Below are positions 48,614 to 58,346 of a stretch of DNA of 64,000 nucleotides, one piece after another (the first letter of the stretch is position 1; every line of letters begins with the position of its first letter). The stretch is taken from assembly GCA_963813025.1 (NCBI GenBank), contig CAWEXO010000013.1, forward strand, positions 480,001 through 544,000, given 5' to 3'. The translations under genes and the position numbers were made by a program. Source of the DNA: an uncultured Verrucomicrobiae bacterium (GTDB lineage Bacteria; Verrucomicrobiota; Verrucomicrobiia; Chthoniobacterales; JAFAMB01). The notes beneath the pieces are model-generated. The model had not been told where the DNA came from. It made no database searches and was given only the letters and a program-made list of their open reading frames with translations.

Positions 48614-49990
48614 TCATCCGGTGGTAAAAAACATCCCAATCGCGGCTAAGGCCATGATCAGAGTTGCGGCCCATCCAAGAATCTTCAAATGGTTCGGCAG
48701 AGTGAGCTTCCTCATAATCTTGTAATTGCTGGCCATCAGCATCACAAAAACCATGATCGGCGCTGCAGTGACGCCGTTGATAATTGCTGACCAAACCAGG
48801 GCACGGATCGGATTAATTTTGGTAAAATTCAGTCCGAGTCCGATCAGGGTTGATATGGCGAGGACGCCATAGAACGCTTTTGCTTCCTTGGCTTTGCGCT
48901 CCAGTCCCACTGGCCAGTGCAACGCCTCGCCAACGGCGTAGGCGGCAGATCCACCCAGTACCGGCACAGCCAGTAAACCGGTGCCCACAACTCCAAGGCT
49001 AAAGAGCAGCGAGGCGAACTCACCAGCAACCGGTCGAAGCGCTTCGGCGGCCTGCGCCGCCGATGCAATATCCGTTTTTCCGTGCGTATTGAGCGTGGCT
49101 GCTACCGTCAGAATGATGAAGTACGCAATCAGATTGGAGAACGCCATTCCAACATAAGTATCGATCCTGATTCTCTGAAACTCTTCGGGTGCGCGGCCCG
49201 GAATTTTTCGAAGAGACTTTTCTTTTGGAGGGCTCTTCATCTGTTCAACTTCCTGGGCCGATTGCCAGAAAAAGAGATAAGGGCTGATCGTCGTGCCTAA
49301 GACTGCAACCAGAGCTCCCATATACTCGCGCGTGAACGAGATGCTTGGGATAAAGGTCCCGCTGAAGGCCCGCCCCCAGTCAATTTGCACCACAAAAACA
49401 GTTCCCACGTAGGCGAAAAGAGAGAAAGTGAGCCATTTCAGAATCGATGCATAGTTTTTGTAAGGAACAAAAACCTGTAGCAGTACCGAGATGGCTGTAA
49501 ACAGGATGCAATAGAGGAGTGTCGGACCGCCGACCAGTAGATTAACCGCCGCGCCCATTGCGCCAATATCCGCGCCAACATTGATGATATTGGCGAAGAG
49601 CAATAACGCGACAATCCCGTACAAGACCCGGGATGGATAGCAACGTTTGATATTCCCTGCTATGCCATTTCCGGTAACTCGGCCAAGCCGAGCACTAATC
49701 TCCTGAATTCCGGCCATAAATGGGTAGATGAAGGGCATAGTCCAGAGCATCGCGTATCCAAACTGCGCTCCGACCTGCGAGTACGTAGCGATTCCGCTTG
49801 GATCATCATCTGCTGCCCCCGTGACCAAGCCAATGCCCAAAGGTTTAAACAGCCGGGCAATCCAGGACAAAGACGCTGAGAGAGACAATTTTCCGGGAGG
49901 TTCAGGTGCGAGGGCTCCGTTTCCCGACCCCGCCGCGTCGATTAAGGGATCCGGTTCAACACTCTCCGGTTCTTCGTTTCGTGGCACCAC
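48614..49990 (-). CDS. NRAMP-family divalent metal transporter
   Basis: AADDDPSGIATYSQ, GTTISPYLFFWQ, multiple TMs. Confidence 0.92.
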   Translation of the reverse strand: MVPRNEEPESVEPDPLIDAAGSGNGALAPEPPGKLSLSASLSWIARLFKPLGIGLVTGAADDDPSGIATYSQVGAQFGYAMLWTMPFIYPFMAGIQEISARLGRVTGNGIAGNIKRCYPSRVLYGIVALLLFANIINVGADIGAMGAAVNLLVGGPTLLYCILFTAISVLLQVFVPYKNYASILKWLTFSLFAYVGTVFVVQIDWGRAFSGTFIPSISFTREYMGALVAVLGTTISPYLFFWQSAQEVEQMKSPPKEKSLRKIPGRAPEEFQRIRIDTYVGMAFSNLIAYFIILTVAATLNTHGKTDIASAAQAAEALRPVAGEFASLLFSLGVVGTGLLAVPVLGGSAAYAVGEALHWPVGLERKAKEAKAFYGVLAISTLIGLGLNFTKINPIRALVWSAIINGVTAAPIMVFVMLMASNYKIMRKLTLPNHLKILGWAATLIMALAAIGMFFTTG

Positions 49991-50190
49991 TTATTCGGTT
50001 TTGAGTTCTCTATACCTTATATAAGTGCGCGGGAGTTCTCTAGCTTGAATCTGCAGGCGCAGGCTATGATGGTACCGGAGACTTTTCTTCTGAGCGCACT
50101 CGGTCGCAGAGAAGCGAACACGGTTGTTCAACTCCGCTGTCGTTACGCCTGCGAGCTTGAATATAAACCAGAGTACCTGAACGAACTGCT

Positions 50191-50424
50191 ATGCCTGAAT
50201 GCGAAGTCTGCGGTAACGAGTACGACAAATGCTTTGAGATTACCCTGGAGGGTAAAACCCATATCTTTGACAGCTTTGAATGCGCTATCCACGCAATGGC
50301 GCCGACTTGTCCTTGCTGTGGGTGTAAAATCATTGGACACGGGGTCGAACAACAGGGGCAAGTCTTTTGCTGCGCGCATTGTGCGAGAGCTTCTGGCAAG
50401 ACTGATCTAAAAGATCGTTCCTAA
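50191..50424 (+). CDS. Cys-rich metal-binding (metallothionein-like) protein
   Basis: CEVC, FDSFECAIH, CPCCGC, FCCAHC in 77 aa. Confidence 0.8.
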   Translation: MPECEVCGNEYDKCFEITLEGKTHIFDSFECAIHAMAPTCPCCGCKIIGHGVEQQGQVFCCAHCARASGKTDLKDRS

Positions 50425-50554
50425 AAAGCCCGGAGCAAGGGTCCCACTGCGCGTTGGTGAAGGGATCTGGTTCCGCGCTTCTCGACTCTTCATGCCGTGC
50501 CATTACTCGTTGAGCGTTTTGCTCCTTGACTTCGGCGCGGCCACGCACCCTGTG

Positions 50555-51124
50555 CTATTTGTTTGTTAACTGCCCGGCATCAAGCAAGTAGGCATTATTC
50601 GCCTCACTGATAATCGCCACGGCTCTTTTCCGGCCTTTCCACCCCAAAATTCTCGGGTTTTTCGCGGTAAAAAACGTTGTGCTCAAGAAAAATTGTTCGA
50701 TTTCCTCGCGCAAACGTGTTGGCAACTCAGAAGCGCGTTCAAATTCTCCCAGACGATCGTGCCATCGGGGCATCACAATGACTCGGTCATTTCTTTCGCG
50801 TTTGCCTCCCTGATCGTCCTGGTCCATTTCGATGACGCCTAACGGCTGACAGGGGAGCAGGACTCCCGGATAAGTTGTCGCATCGTGGAGAATTAGCACA
50901 TCGAGCGGATCTCCGTCCGGAGCCCGGGTGCTTGGAATAAATCCCCAGTCAAATGGATAGGATAAGCCAAGCGATAAAGCATGCGAGACAGTAAAGACTG
51001 CGAGTGCGGGCTCGTACTTGAGTTTGACCATTGAGCCCTTCGGCGCTTCGACCACGGCATGCACCGATCCATCCTCGCCATAGGTTGGCAAGTTAGAAAG
51101 CAAATGAGGATCGGTATTTTTCAT
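50555..51124 (-). CDS. ppa: Family I inorganic pyrophosphatase
   Basis: EAPKGS..KY, YPFDWGFIPST, DGDPLDV. Confidence 0.9.
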   Translation of the reverse strand: MKNTDPHLLSNLPTYGEDGSVHAVVEAPKGSMVKLKYEPALAVFTVSHALSLGLSYPFDWGFIPSTRAPDGDPLDVLILHDATTYPGVLLPCQPLGVIEMDQDDQGGKRERNDRVIVMPRWHDRLGEFERASELPTRLREEIEQFFLSTTFFTAKNPRILGWKGRKRAVAIISEANNAYLLDAGQLTNK

Positions 51125-51444
51125 CTTCGTTGGTCGTTGACCCCCTTTTCCGGTGTGAAGGGCAGTGGCACTCTGTAAACATCAGAATACCTCTTATTTA
51201 CTGTAATCAGCTGATACTCAAGATATTATAAGCGCACGACCTCAACGATTGAGGTTGGCGACTCATCTGGGGCTCGGCCGCCAGGATCTCCAGTTCCTCC
51301 CGCGCGGCGACAAGGCCTGCGCGCCGTAGCCGAGCGCAGCGAAGAATCGGCTCGCCTGATCTTTTTACCAGTACTTTCCCCGACCTCCATTGACTGGGAT
51401 AGGAACGATCTTCGAAGGATTGTTTTCCCGGCTTCTCCGTCCCA

Positions 51445-52506
51445 ATGCGAATTGTCATTTTCGGTCTTACGATCAGCTCCTCTTGGGGAAACGGGCATGC
51501 AACACTTTGGCGCGGATTGGGCCGAAGTCTGGCAAAGCGCGGCCACCAAATCACCTTTTTTGAAAAAGACATCCCATACTACGCGCAGACGCGGGACTTA
51601 CCGCACTGGTCGGATGGAGAGCTGATTCTTTATAAAGATTGGGAATCGGTTCTCGAGCAGGCGCGCCATCGCTTGGCCCGCGCGGACGTAGCGCTGATCA
51701 CGTCGTATTGTCCTGATGGAGTCGCCGCGGCCCGACTGCTGGCAGACGGCTACAAAGGCCTTAAAGTTTTTTATGACATGGACACCCCGGTGACTATGCA
51801 GCGCCTTCTTGAACAAGGATCAGTCGAGTACCTGCCGGCAAATGGGCTGCACGATTTCGATCTCGTCCTGAGCTTTACCGGTGGTAACATTCTGACGGCT
51901 TTAAAGGAACGTTTGGGTGCCGCTCATGTAGAGGTGCTCCATGGGCATGCTGATCCGGACTGTTATCACCGTGAGAAGCCGGCTGCGGCGTACGCCTGCG
52001 CGCTTTCATATCTCGGCACGTTTGCCATCGATCGACAACCCGCGTTCGAGAATTTGTTTGTGAGGCCGGCTGAACAGTTGCCCAGGCAGCGCTTTGTCAT
52101 AGGCGGAGCGCTTTATCCCGAAGTTTTTCCCTGGCGGCCGAATATTTTTTTCGTCCGGCACGTTCCTCCTTCGGGGCATGCCTGTTTTTTTAGCTCGTCA
52201 AAGTGCACGCTGAACATCACCCGGCGCTCCATGGCCGACTCAGGTTATTGTCCTTCGGGGCGAATCTTTGAAGCGGTCGCGTGCCGTACGGTAGTCATCA
52301 CCGATCGTTGGACTGGTTTGGAAACGTTTTTCGAGCCCGGCGGCGAAATCATCGTGGCGGAGACCCCGGAGGATGTTGTTGAGGCTTTGGCCTTGCCCGA
52401 CGAACAGATCGATCGCATCGCTGCTGCCGCTTACCGGCGCTTTCTAGCCCGGCACAGCTCGGACCAACGAGCCGCCGAACTTGAGCGTTTATTGCGCGCT
52501 GCTTGA
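51445..52506 (+). CDS. CgeB-family glycosyltransferase
   Basis: SSSWGNGHATLWRGL, FYDMDTP, SYLGT, PSGRIFEAVAC. Confidence 0.9.
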   Translation: MRIVIFGLTISSSWGNGHATLWRGLGRSLAKRGHQITFFEKDIPYYAQTRDLPHWSDGELILYKDWESVLEQARHRLARADVALITSYCPDGVAAARLLADGYKGLKVFYDMDTPVTMQRLLEQGSVEYLPANGLHDFDLVLSFTGGNILTALKERLGAAHVEVLHGHADPDCYHREKPAAAYACALSYLGTFAIDRQPAFENLFVRPAEQLPRQRFVIGGALYPEVFPWRPNIFFVRHVPPSGHACFFSSSKCTLNITRRSMADSGYCPSGRIFEAVACRTVVITDRWTGLETFFEPGGEIIVAETPEDVVEALALPDEQIDRIAAAAYRRFLARHSSDQRAAELERLLRAA

Positions 52507-52527
52507 ACCCGGAACACGGACTTATTT

Positions 52528-53298
52528 ATGTGGGGGATCATTCCTGCCGCCGGTGAAGGTAAACGGATTCAGCCGCTCGCCTTCTCCAAAGAACTCCTGC
52601 CCGTCGGCATTGGCAGAATGCCAGATCGGAACCGGCCTCGGGCCGTAAGCGATTTCATTGTCGAAAGGATGGTCCTGAGCGGGGCTTCAAAATTGTGTTT
52701 CGTCATTTCGCCTTTAAAGAGCGATATCCTGCGATATCACAGCGCCGGGTCAGACCAGGTGCACATCCTCTATGAGGTTCAGCCTCGTCCCCTTGGCCTC
52801 TGCGACGCTGTCTTCCGCCCGGAACCGCTTATTTCCGCGGACGAAGACGTTTTGATCGGGCTGCCCGATACAGTCTGGTTTCCAGTCGACGGTTTCAGCA
52901 AGCTGCCGGCCGATGCGTTTTCGCTGCTTTTGTTCCCCGTGAGTGCTCCTGAGCGATTCGACTCAGTCCAGCTGGGAAGTCGATCGCACGTGAAGGAAAT
53001 CCAGGTCAAAAGCCGGGAAGCGAAATCCAAATGGATTTGGGGTGCAATGAGGATGCCCGGACAAATTTTCAAAGAACTTTGTAATCTCTGGTACCGTCGA
53101 GACAGGAGGGACGAGTTTTTAGGGACCCTGATCAATGCGTTCATTGCCGAAGGCGGGGAAGTAATCGGTGTGAAGGCAGGCACATCTTACCTTGATGTCG
53201 GCAGCGTCGAAGGTTTCTACGCTGCTTGCCGCCGGTTAGGCCTTTCCGCTGCGACGACAATGGAGGGGAAGCCAGACCCCCGGACCGGAGCCATCTGA
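52528..53298 (+). CDS. Sugar-phosphate nucleotidyltransferase
   Basis: GIIPAAGEGKRIQPL..SKELLPVG, GLPD, YLDVG. Confidence 0.9.
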   Translation: MWGIIPAAGEGKRIQPLAFSKELLPVGIGRMPDRNRPRAVSDFIVERMVLSGASKLCFVISPLKSDILRYHSAGSDQVHILYEVQPRPLGLCDAVFRPEPLISADEDVLIGLPDTVWFPVDGFSKLPADAFSLLLFPVSAPERFDSVQLGSRSHVKEIQVKSREAKSKWIWGAMRMPGQIFKELCNLWYRRDRRDEFLGTLINAFIAEGGEVIGVKAGTSYLDVGSVEGFYAACRRLGLSAATTMEGKPDPRTGAI

Positions 53299-53310
53299 AT
53301 AAACATTGTC

Positions 53311-54165
53311 ATGCAGAGCACCAGATGGGAGATATTGCGGGTACTGGCGGGTAGGCCGGTGGAGAGACTCGTTATTGTCGCACCCCATCCCGACGATGAA
53401 GTCATTGGAGCAAGCTCATTTCTGCCGCTCCTCCGAGAAAGAGCTTTCGTCATCTATGTTACACAGGGAGCTCCCGGTTTCGGGCAAAACGATCGCAAAG
53501 TCTTGGCCACCACTCTCGCAGGGTCAAAGAGCGGCGCCCTGAAGAAACGAATCAGCTCGGCCAAATCGATTATTGATCCCAAGCACAATGCGATGATTCG
53601 CCGCCAGGAGGCTAAGGAGGTCCTCAGCTTTTGTGAAATCCCACTACATAACGCTTTTTGGCTGAATTTTTCCGATCAACGAGTCAGTTATGAGTTGGAT
53701 CGATTCGTCGCTGAGCTTGGCCGGGTTCTTTCGCACATTAAGCCGGACGCCATCTTGACGCCTCCCTACGAGGGTGGCCATCCGGACCACGATTCTGCTG
53801 CTCTGGGCGTCGCTTCGGTCTGTGCGCAGACAGGCGCGTGTCGTCGCGTGGAAATGCTTTCCTACCATAACCGCAATGGGAGGCTGGAGTTCGGTCGCTT
53901 TCTGGCCTCGGCAGGACCGACCCGAGAGCATCACATAATCCTGAGCGAAGAGGAGCGTTCGCGTAAAGCCGCGATGTTTTCCATCTACGCATCGCAGCGG
54001 GAGGTTCTGCGCAATTTTCCGATTAACGAAGAACGATTTCGGATCGCTCCCGACTACAATTTTCTGGAGCCCCCTCACTCGGGACCGCTGTATTATGATT
54101 TTTTCCATTGGGGGATCGATGGATCTCATTGGCGGGAACGAGCGCGCTCATTCCTGGGAAGATAA
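53311..54165 (+). CDS. PIG-L/LmbE family deacetylase
   Basis: APHPDDE, GGHPDH, YASQ. Confidence 0.92.
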   Translation: MQSTRWEILRVLAGRPVERLVIVAPHPDDEVIGASSFLPLLRERAFVIYVTQGAPGFGQNDRKVLATTLAGSKSGALKKRISSAKSIIDPKHNAMIRRQEAKEVLSFCEIPLHNAFWLNFSDQRVSYELDRFVAELGRVLSHIKPDAILTPPYEGGHPDHDSAALGVASVCAQTGACRRVEMLSYHNRNGRLEFGRFLASAGPTREHHIILSEEERSRKAAMFSIYASQREVLRNFPINEERFRIAPDYNFLEPPHSGPLYYDFFHWGIDGSHWRERARSFLGR

Positions 54166-54177
54166 AGGATTCTTCCG

Positions 54178-55242
54178 ATGCCGCTTACCGTCCTGAGCGT
54201 CGCTTATCCATTCGCACCAGTCGGGCCGGGGGCGGTTGGCGGGGCGGAACAGATTCTCAGCCGGATTGATCGCGCTTTGGTCGCGCAGGGTCACGAATCT
54301 ATCGTCATCGCCCCGGAGAATTCGATGATCTGGGGAAAGCTGTTTCCCATTCCGTCGGTAAATGTTATGATTGATGACGCCGTACGGCACCACGTATACG
54401 CGAAAGTGCGAACAGTCCTGGCCGAAGCTCGCAAATTGTATCAACCATCTTTGGTTCATCTGCACGGCGTTGACTTTTATAAGTATCTACCGACCGAATC
54501 GATTCCAATTCTGGTTACCCTCCACCTGCCAATCAGTTTCTATCCGCGAGAAATATTCCGGATTCCGCGACGAAGCACTTTCTTACAGTGCGTATCAGAG
54601 TCGCAGCATCGCAACTGCCTTCCGTACTGCCAGGCCGGCGTGAGCGGTCCCAGTCTCTTGCCTCCAATTCCGAATGGCGTCCCGCCGATCCCACAACTGG
54701 AGAAGCCCTGCCCGAAGCACGAGTTTGTGCTCTGCCTGAGCCGCATCGCGCCCGAAAAAAATGTTCACGCGGCCATCGAGGCAGCCCAATGCGCCGATGT
54801 CGATCTGTTGATTGCGGGCCAGGTTTTCCCGTACGAGGCGCACCAACGCTATTTTGATGAGCAGATCAGGCCCCGATTGACTGATCGGTGCCGGTTTATC
54901 GGCCCGGTGAATGAACTCGCCAAATGGTCCTTGCTGGCGCGCGCCCGCTGTCTTCTCCAACCAAGCCTCGCGGAGGAAACCAGCTCATTGGTCGCGCTGG
55001 AGTCGCTTGCTGCCGGAACACCGGTTGTTGCGTTCCGCTCGGGAGCACTCCCGGAAATCGTGGAAGACAATCGCACGGGATTTTTGGTCAATAGCGTCCA
55101 GGAAATGGCCATGGCTATCTCGAAGTCCCCACATTTGCAGCGGGAAGATTGCCGCCATTCAGCTCGAACTCGCTTCTGCCTGAATCGTATGCTGGAGCGT
55201 TATTTTGCTGCTTATCGCGAAATCGCTTCGAGCAATGATTGA
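54178..55242 (+). CDS. Glycosyltransferase family 4
   Basis: GGAEQI, RIAPEKN, EETSSLVALESLAAGTPV. Confidence 0.92.
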   Translation: MPLTVLSVAYPFAPVGPGAVGGAEQILSRIDRALVAQGHESIVIAPENSMIWGKLFPIPSVNVMIDDAVRHHVYAKVRTVLAEARKLYQPSLVHLHGVDFYKYLPTESIPILVTLHLPISFYPREIFRIPRRSTFLQCVSESQHRNCLPYCQAGVSGPSLLPPIPNGVPPIPQLEKPCPKHEFVLCLSRIAPEKNVHAAIEAAQCADVDLLIAGQVFPYEAHQRYFDEQIRPRLTDRCRFIGPVNELAKWSLLARARCLLQPSLAEETSSLVALESLAAGTPVVAFRSGALPEIVEDNRTGFLVNSVQEMAMAISKSPHLQREDCRHSARTRFCLNRMLERYFAAYREIASSND

Positions 55243-56260
55243 TGGGATGCATACCCCCTGCATTCAGAATTGCAGATCTTTGGTGGTCCACGAACTCGGC
55301 GGTTTCGAAGAGGTCGAGGCGCTCAAAGCTCCATGGCTCGAGCTTTGGCAGAAGTGTCCCGACGCGACGCCGTTCCAAACGCCGCATTGGCTAATACCGT
55401 TCTACCAACATTTCGCCGATTCCACGGCGACGATTGTGACTCTGTCTCTGGACGCAAATTTGGTCGGCATCCTTCCTCTCTATCGTTATGGAGAAGAAGG
55501 CGGAGACCGTTTTCTTCTGGCCGGTAGTGGCCTTTCCGATTATCTCGACGTGTTAGTGGCGCCAAAGATTGGATGTGTTCCCGCGATCCATTCGTGGATG
55601 GATCGAGTTGGGCACAGCCAGGTTGAGTTTCAGCAACTCCGATCAAACTCTGTCTTGGCACACCTACCCGCGCCTGCGGGCTGGCAACGTTTCGTTGGAC
55701 CGACCAACTTGTCGCCGCAGATTCTGGTGCCAGATGGGCAAAGTGACATCGCCGGCGTCATCCCGCCGACGATTCGGCGAGAACTCGAATATCTGGGAAG
55801 GCGCGCGGCTAAGCTTGGTCCGTTGACAATTCGCTGCTCTGAATCGGACACACTTTCCTGCGACATTGACTCACTCTTTACCCTGCATTCCAAACGTTGG
55901 CAGGCGCGAGGTCAAACCGGAGTATTCGCTTCCAAGCAGGCGCGCGATTTTTTTCACGCGGCCTGGCGAGAGCTCTTTAACCTCGGCCTTTTACGACTGA
56001 TGCACTTAGTCGTCGGAGATTGGGCTGTCGCTGCGCTCTGCGGATTCAGTTGTCGCGGGCACTTCTACTATTATATCGGGGGCTTCGATCCGGTCGCCGC
56101 CAAACTCAGCCCAGGCTCGCTGATTATCTGGCGGGCCTTGCAGGAAGCCCAACGGGAAGGTTGTGTCGTCTTCGATTTTCTTCGCGGCGGCGAATCTTAC
56201 AAGTACCGTTGGGGCGCGCGCGCTGAAAAAACGTTCTCCGTATTTTTTCGGCGCTGTTAA
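55235..56260 (+). CDS. GNAT acyltransferase (CelD/BcsL-like)
   Basis: TPFQTPHW, SDYLD, LHSKRW, SPGSL, FDFLRGGESYKYRWG. Confidence 0.9.
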   Translation: MIDGMHTPCIQNCRSLVVHELGGFEEVEALKAPWLELWQKCPDATPFQTPHWLIPFYQHFADSTATIVTLSLDANLVGILPLYRYGEEGGDRFLLAGSGLSDYLDVLVAPKIGCVPAIHSWMDRVGHSQVEFQQLRSNSVLAHLPAPAGWQRFVGPTNLSPQILVPDGQSDIAGVIPPTIRRELEYLGRRAAKLGPLTIRCSESDTLSCDIDSLFTLHSKRWQARGQTGVFASKQARDFFHAAWRELFNLGLLRLMHLVVGDWAVAALCGFSCRGHFYYYIGGFDPVAAKLSPGSLIIWRALQEAQREGCVVFDFLRGGESYKYRWGARAEKTFSVFFRRC

Positions 56261-56335
56261 GCACTATTCTTCAGCGACTCTTGAACCGGATGCCGGAGTT
56301 GCCACTATCCAAGACAGCTCCTCCTTCGCTAACTG

Positions 56336-56605
56336 ATGAGGTCAAGCTCCCGCTTGGCCTCATTAGTGTTGGATCACATCTCAATCCGGACGAGCAGGAG
56401 CTCATCCCTACCGCTCCTCCTCCTTGACGCCGCTGCGACAGCGGCTCGCATAAAGAGATTGTCTCGCAAACTCCCCAGGTCGGTAGGGTCAAGCTCCCGC
56501 TTGACCTCCTTAGTGTTGGATCACATCTCGATCCGGACGAGCGGAGCTCATCCCTACCGCTCCTCCTCCTTGACGCCAATCCGAAAGCAGCTCGAATAAA
56601 GAGAC
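56336..56605. repeat. Tandem duplication (147-bp period) of a GTAG REP doublet (BIME/REPIN-like)
   Basis: Units start at 56341 and 56488; each has a GGTCAAGCTCCCGCTTG(A/G)CC hairpin and an inverted GGACGAGC(A)GGAGCTCATCCCTAC. Confidence 0.88.
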
Positions 56606-56652
56606 AATCTCCAGCTAACTTTTCGCCCTATCTAGCAATTTCCATATCCCAT

Positions 56653-57588
56653 TTAGATGTGAGATGGTGCTGGAACATCGGATTCGATCGCGACGCCAGT
56701 GCCCCGAGCATAGCGACGCACCATTTCAACACAGAACTCCGCGTAGTCGTCCGGATTCCGCGGCGCGCTAGTGTGGTGGGGAACGATGCCAAGATGTTCC
56801 GGCGTAAAGCAGAAGGTAACGGTCAGATCAAAATCACGGAGCACATCCATTTGGCGATCGAACCAGTCAAAAGCACCAGGCCGAAAGCTATCTGCCCAAC
56901 TCAGTCCGGTGCGAAGATAATGAACCCCGAGATCTTTTAAGCGGCTGGCCGCATCTTCCAGCCGATGATCCTGGAAATGAAACCATTGGCAAATACCCAT
57001 TTCCGGGACGTGACGCGCGAATTCGCGGTAGGACGGTTTTTCCGTTCCGTCCTCTCGCACTAAACCCATGTAAAAATGACGATAATAGGAAGAGCCCTCC
57101 GATTCCCGATGACGGGTAGTAGCCGGCCATGCTTTCGGCAAATCGTAAAGGCTGTACCAGTGTATCCGCGGAACTCGTCCCTTCAACAATTCAGCAGTTC
57201 GTTGCAGACCGAATACCTGAACCTCATCTGCTCCGAAAGTGGAGGCGCCTACTTCCGTGATCCACACCGGCAGAGCGATCGCGGACTCGATCGAACTCAA
57301 GCGTTCCGGCCATTCATTGATCTGCCAGTGATTCCAGTCCAAGGGAAAACCATGGACACCATACGCATCCAGACAGCGCAAGAGGCCGAGCGCATCGAGG
57401 CGTCGGGCAAAGTTTGCATCAATCGGCGATGTGCCGCCTAACACTTGGAGAAGCGTTGGATTTTCACGGCGAACCGCCCCTGAGGCGCGTTTCGCCATCT
57501 CCGAGAATTGCCGCCACTCTGGATCAACGTCGAAATCCCAGTGCGACTTGTTGTTTGGCTCATTCCAAAATGTGACTGCTTCGACCAT
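56653..57588 (-). CDS. Clan GH-A (GH39/GH5-like) glycoside hydrolase, apparently circularly permuted
   Basis: WNEP at residues 8-11, WITEVG, then LGVHYLRTGLSW..FTP..YAEF..VRRY at the C-terminus. Confidence 0.82.
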   Translation of the reverse strand: MVEAVTFWNEPNNKSHWDFDVDPEWRQFSEMAKRASGAVRRENPTLLQVLGGTSPIDANFARRLDALGLLRCLDAYGVHGFPLDWNHWQINEWPERLSSIESAIALPVWITEVGASTFGADEVQVFGLQRTAELLKGRVPRIHWYSLYDLPKAWPATTRHRESEGSSYYRHFYMGLVREDGTEKPSYREFARHVPEMGICQWFHFQDHRLEDAASRLKDLGVHYLRTGLSWADSFRPGAFDWFDRQMDVLRDFDLTVTFCFTPEHLGIVPHHTSAPRNPDDYAEFCVEMVRRYARGTGVAIESDVPAPSHI

Positions 57589-57594
57589 CCTTCT

Positions 57595-58305
57595 TCAGTT
57601 TTTGTTTATCTGGCAGACGTAGACTTCGTCTTCGGGATGTTCCAGCACCTGGAACCCGGCGGAGCGAATCATCGCTTCCAGGCACGCCTGATTTGGAACC
57701 CACCAGTTGGTTGGATCGCCGGCATACTGCCTTTCCACGAAATACATTTTTGGAAACCCGGGCCGCGAGAAAATTTCAGTATCCCAGAACGAGTAATCCG
57801 CGTCGATTGGCTCAATCTTCGAACTGCCTCGCAGCATTGATTGTACCACAAGAAGATCGCGAGTGGCGTGTTCCCGAAGCAAGTCCAATGCTAAGAGAGG
57901 ATGGCGGAGATGATAGAGAACGCCAAGAAAGAGGACCAGATCGAACCGCTCGCCCAACTCGCTCACGTTGTAGACAGATATTTCCCGAAATTCCACGTCC
58001 AATCTCAGCGCTTTTCGCATGAACTCAGCTTGCCGCAGGTACGTCTGATCAGTATCGATACCAACAACGTGTTCCGCTCCTCTTTTCTTCATCTCGAAGG
58101 CGTAGAATCCCGCATTACATCCGATCTCCAGTACTGACTTGCCTTCCAGATTCTGGGGAATGGAGCCGCGGAAACGATTCCATTTCACCCGGGGATAGTC
58201 ACCGAGCGGATGATTCGGCGCCGTCTGTACGCCGCCGAGATCGAAGTTCTGGAACCACTCACCCAGCGACTGCACTTCCCGTTCGAGTGTTTGGTGATCA
58301 GACAT
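57595..58305 (-). CDS. SAM-dependent methyltransferase (TIGR04290-like/CmoB-related)
   Basis: TAPNHPLGDYP, VLEIGCNAGFY, FLGVLYHLRHP, DPTNWW. Confidence 0.88.
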   Translation of the reverse strand: MSDHQTLEREVQSLGEWFQNFDLGGVQTAPNHPLGDYPRVKWNRFRGSIPQNLEGKSVLEIGCNAGFYAFEMKKRGAEHVVGIDTDQTYLRQAEFMRKALRLDVEFREISVYNVSELGERFDLVLFLGVLYHLRHPLLALDLLREHATRDLLVVQSMLRGSSKIEPIDADYSFWDTEIFSRPGFPKMYFVERQYAGDPTNWWVPNQACLEAMIRSAGFQVLEHPEDEVYVCQINKN

Positions 58306-58346
58306 ATGGATCGAGCACCAGCAGGAGTAAAGAACGAGTCTCGTTT

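Noticed and set aside
56336..56605. Possible CRISPR array
   Set aside because: Only two long near-identical units, no unique spacers and no cas genes; fits REP doublets
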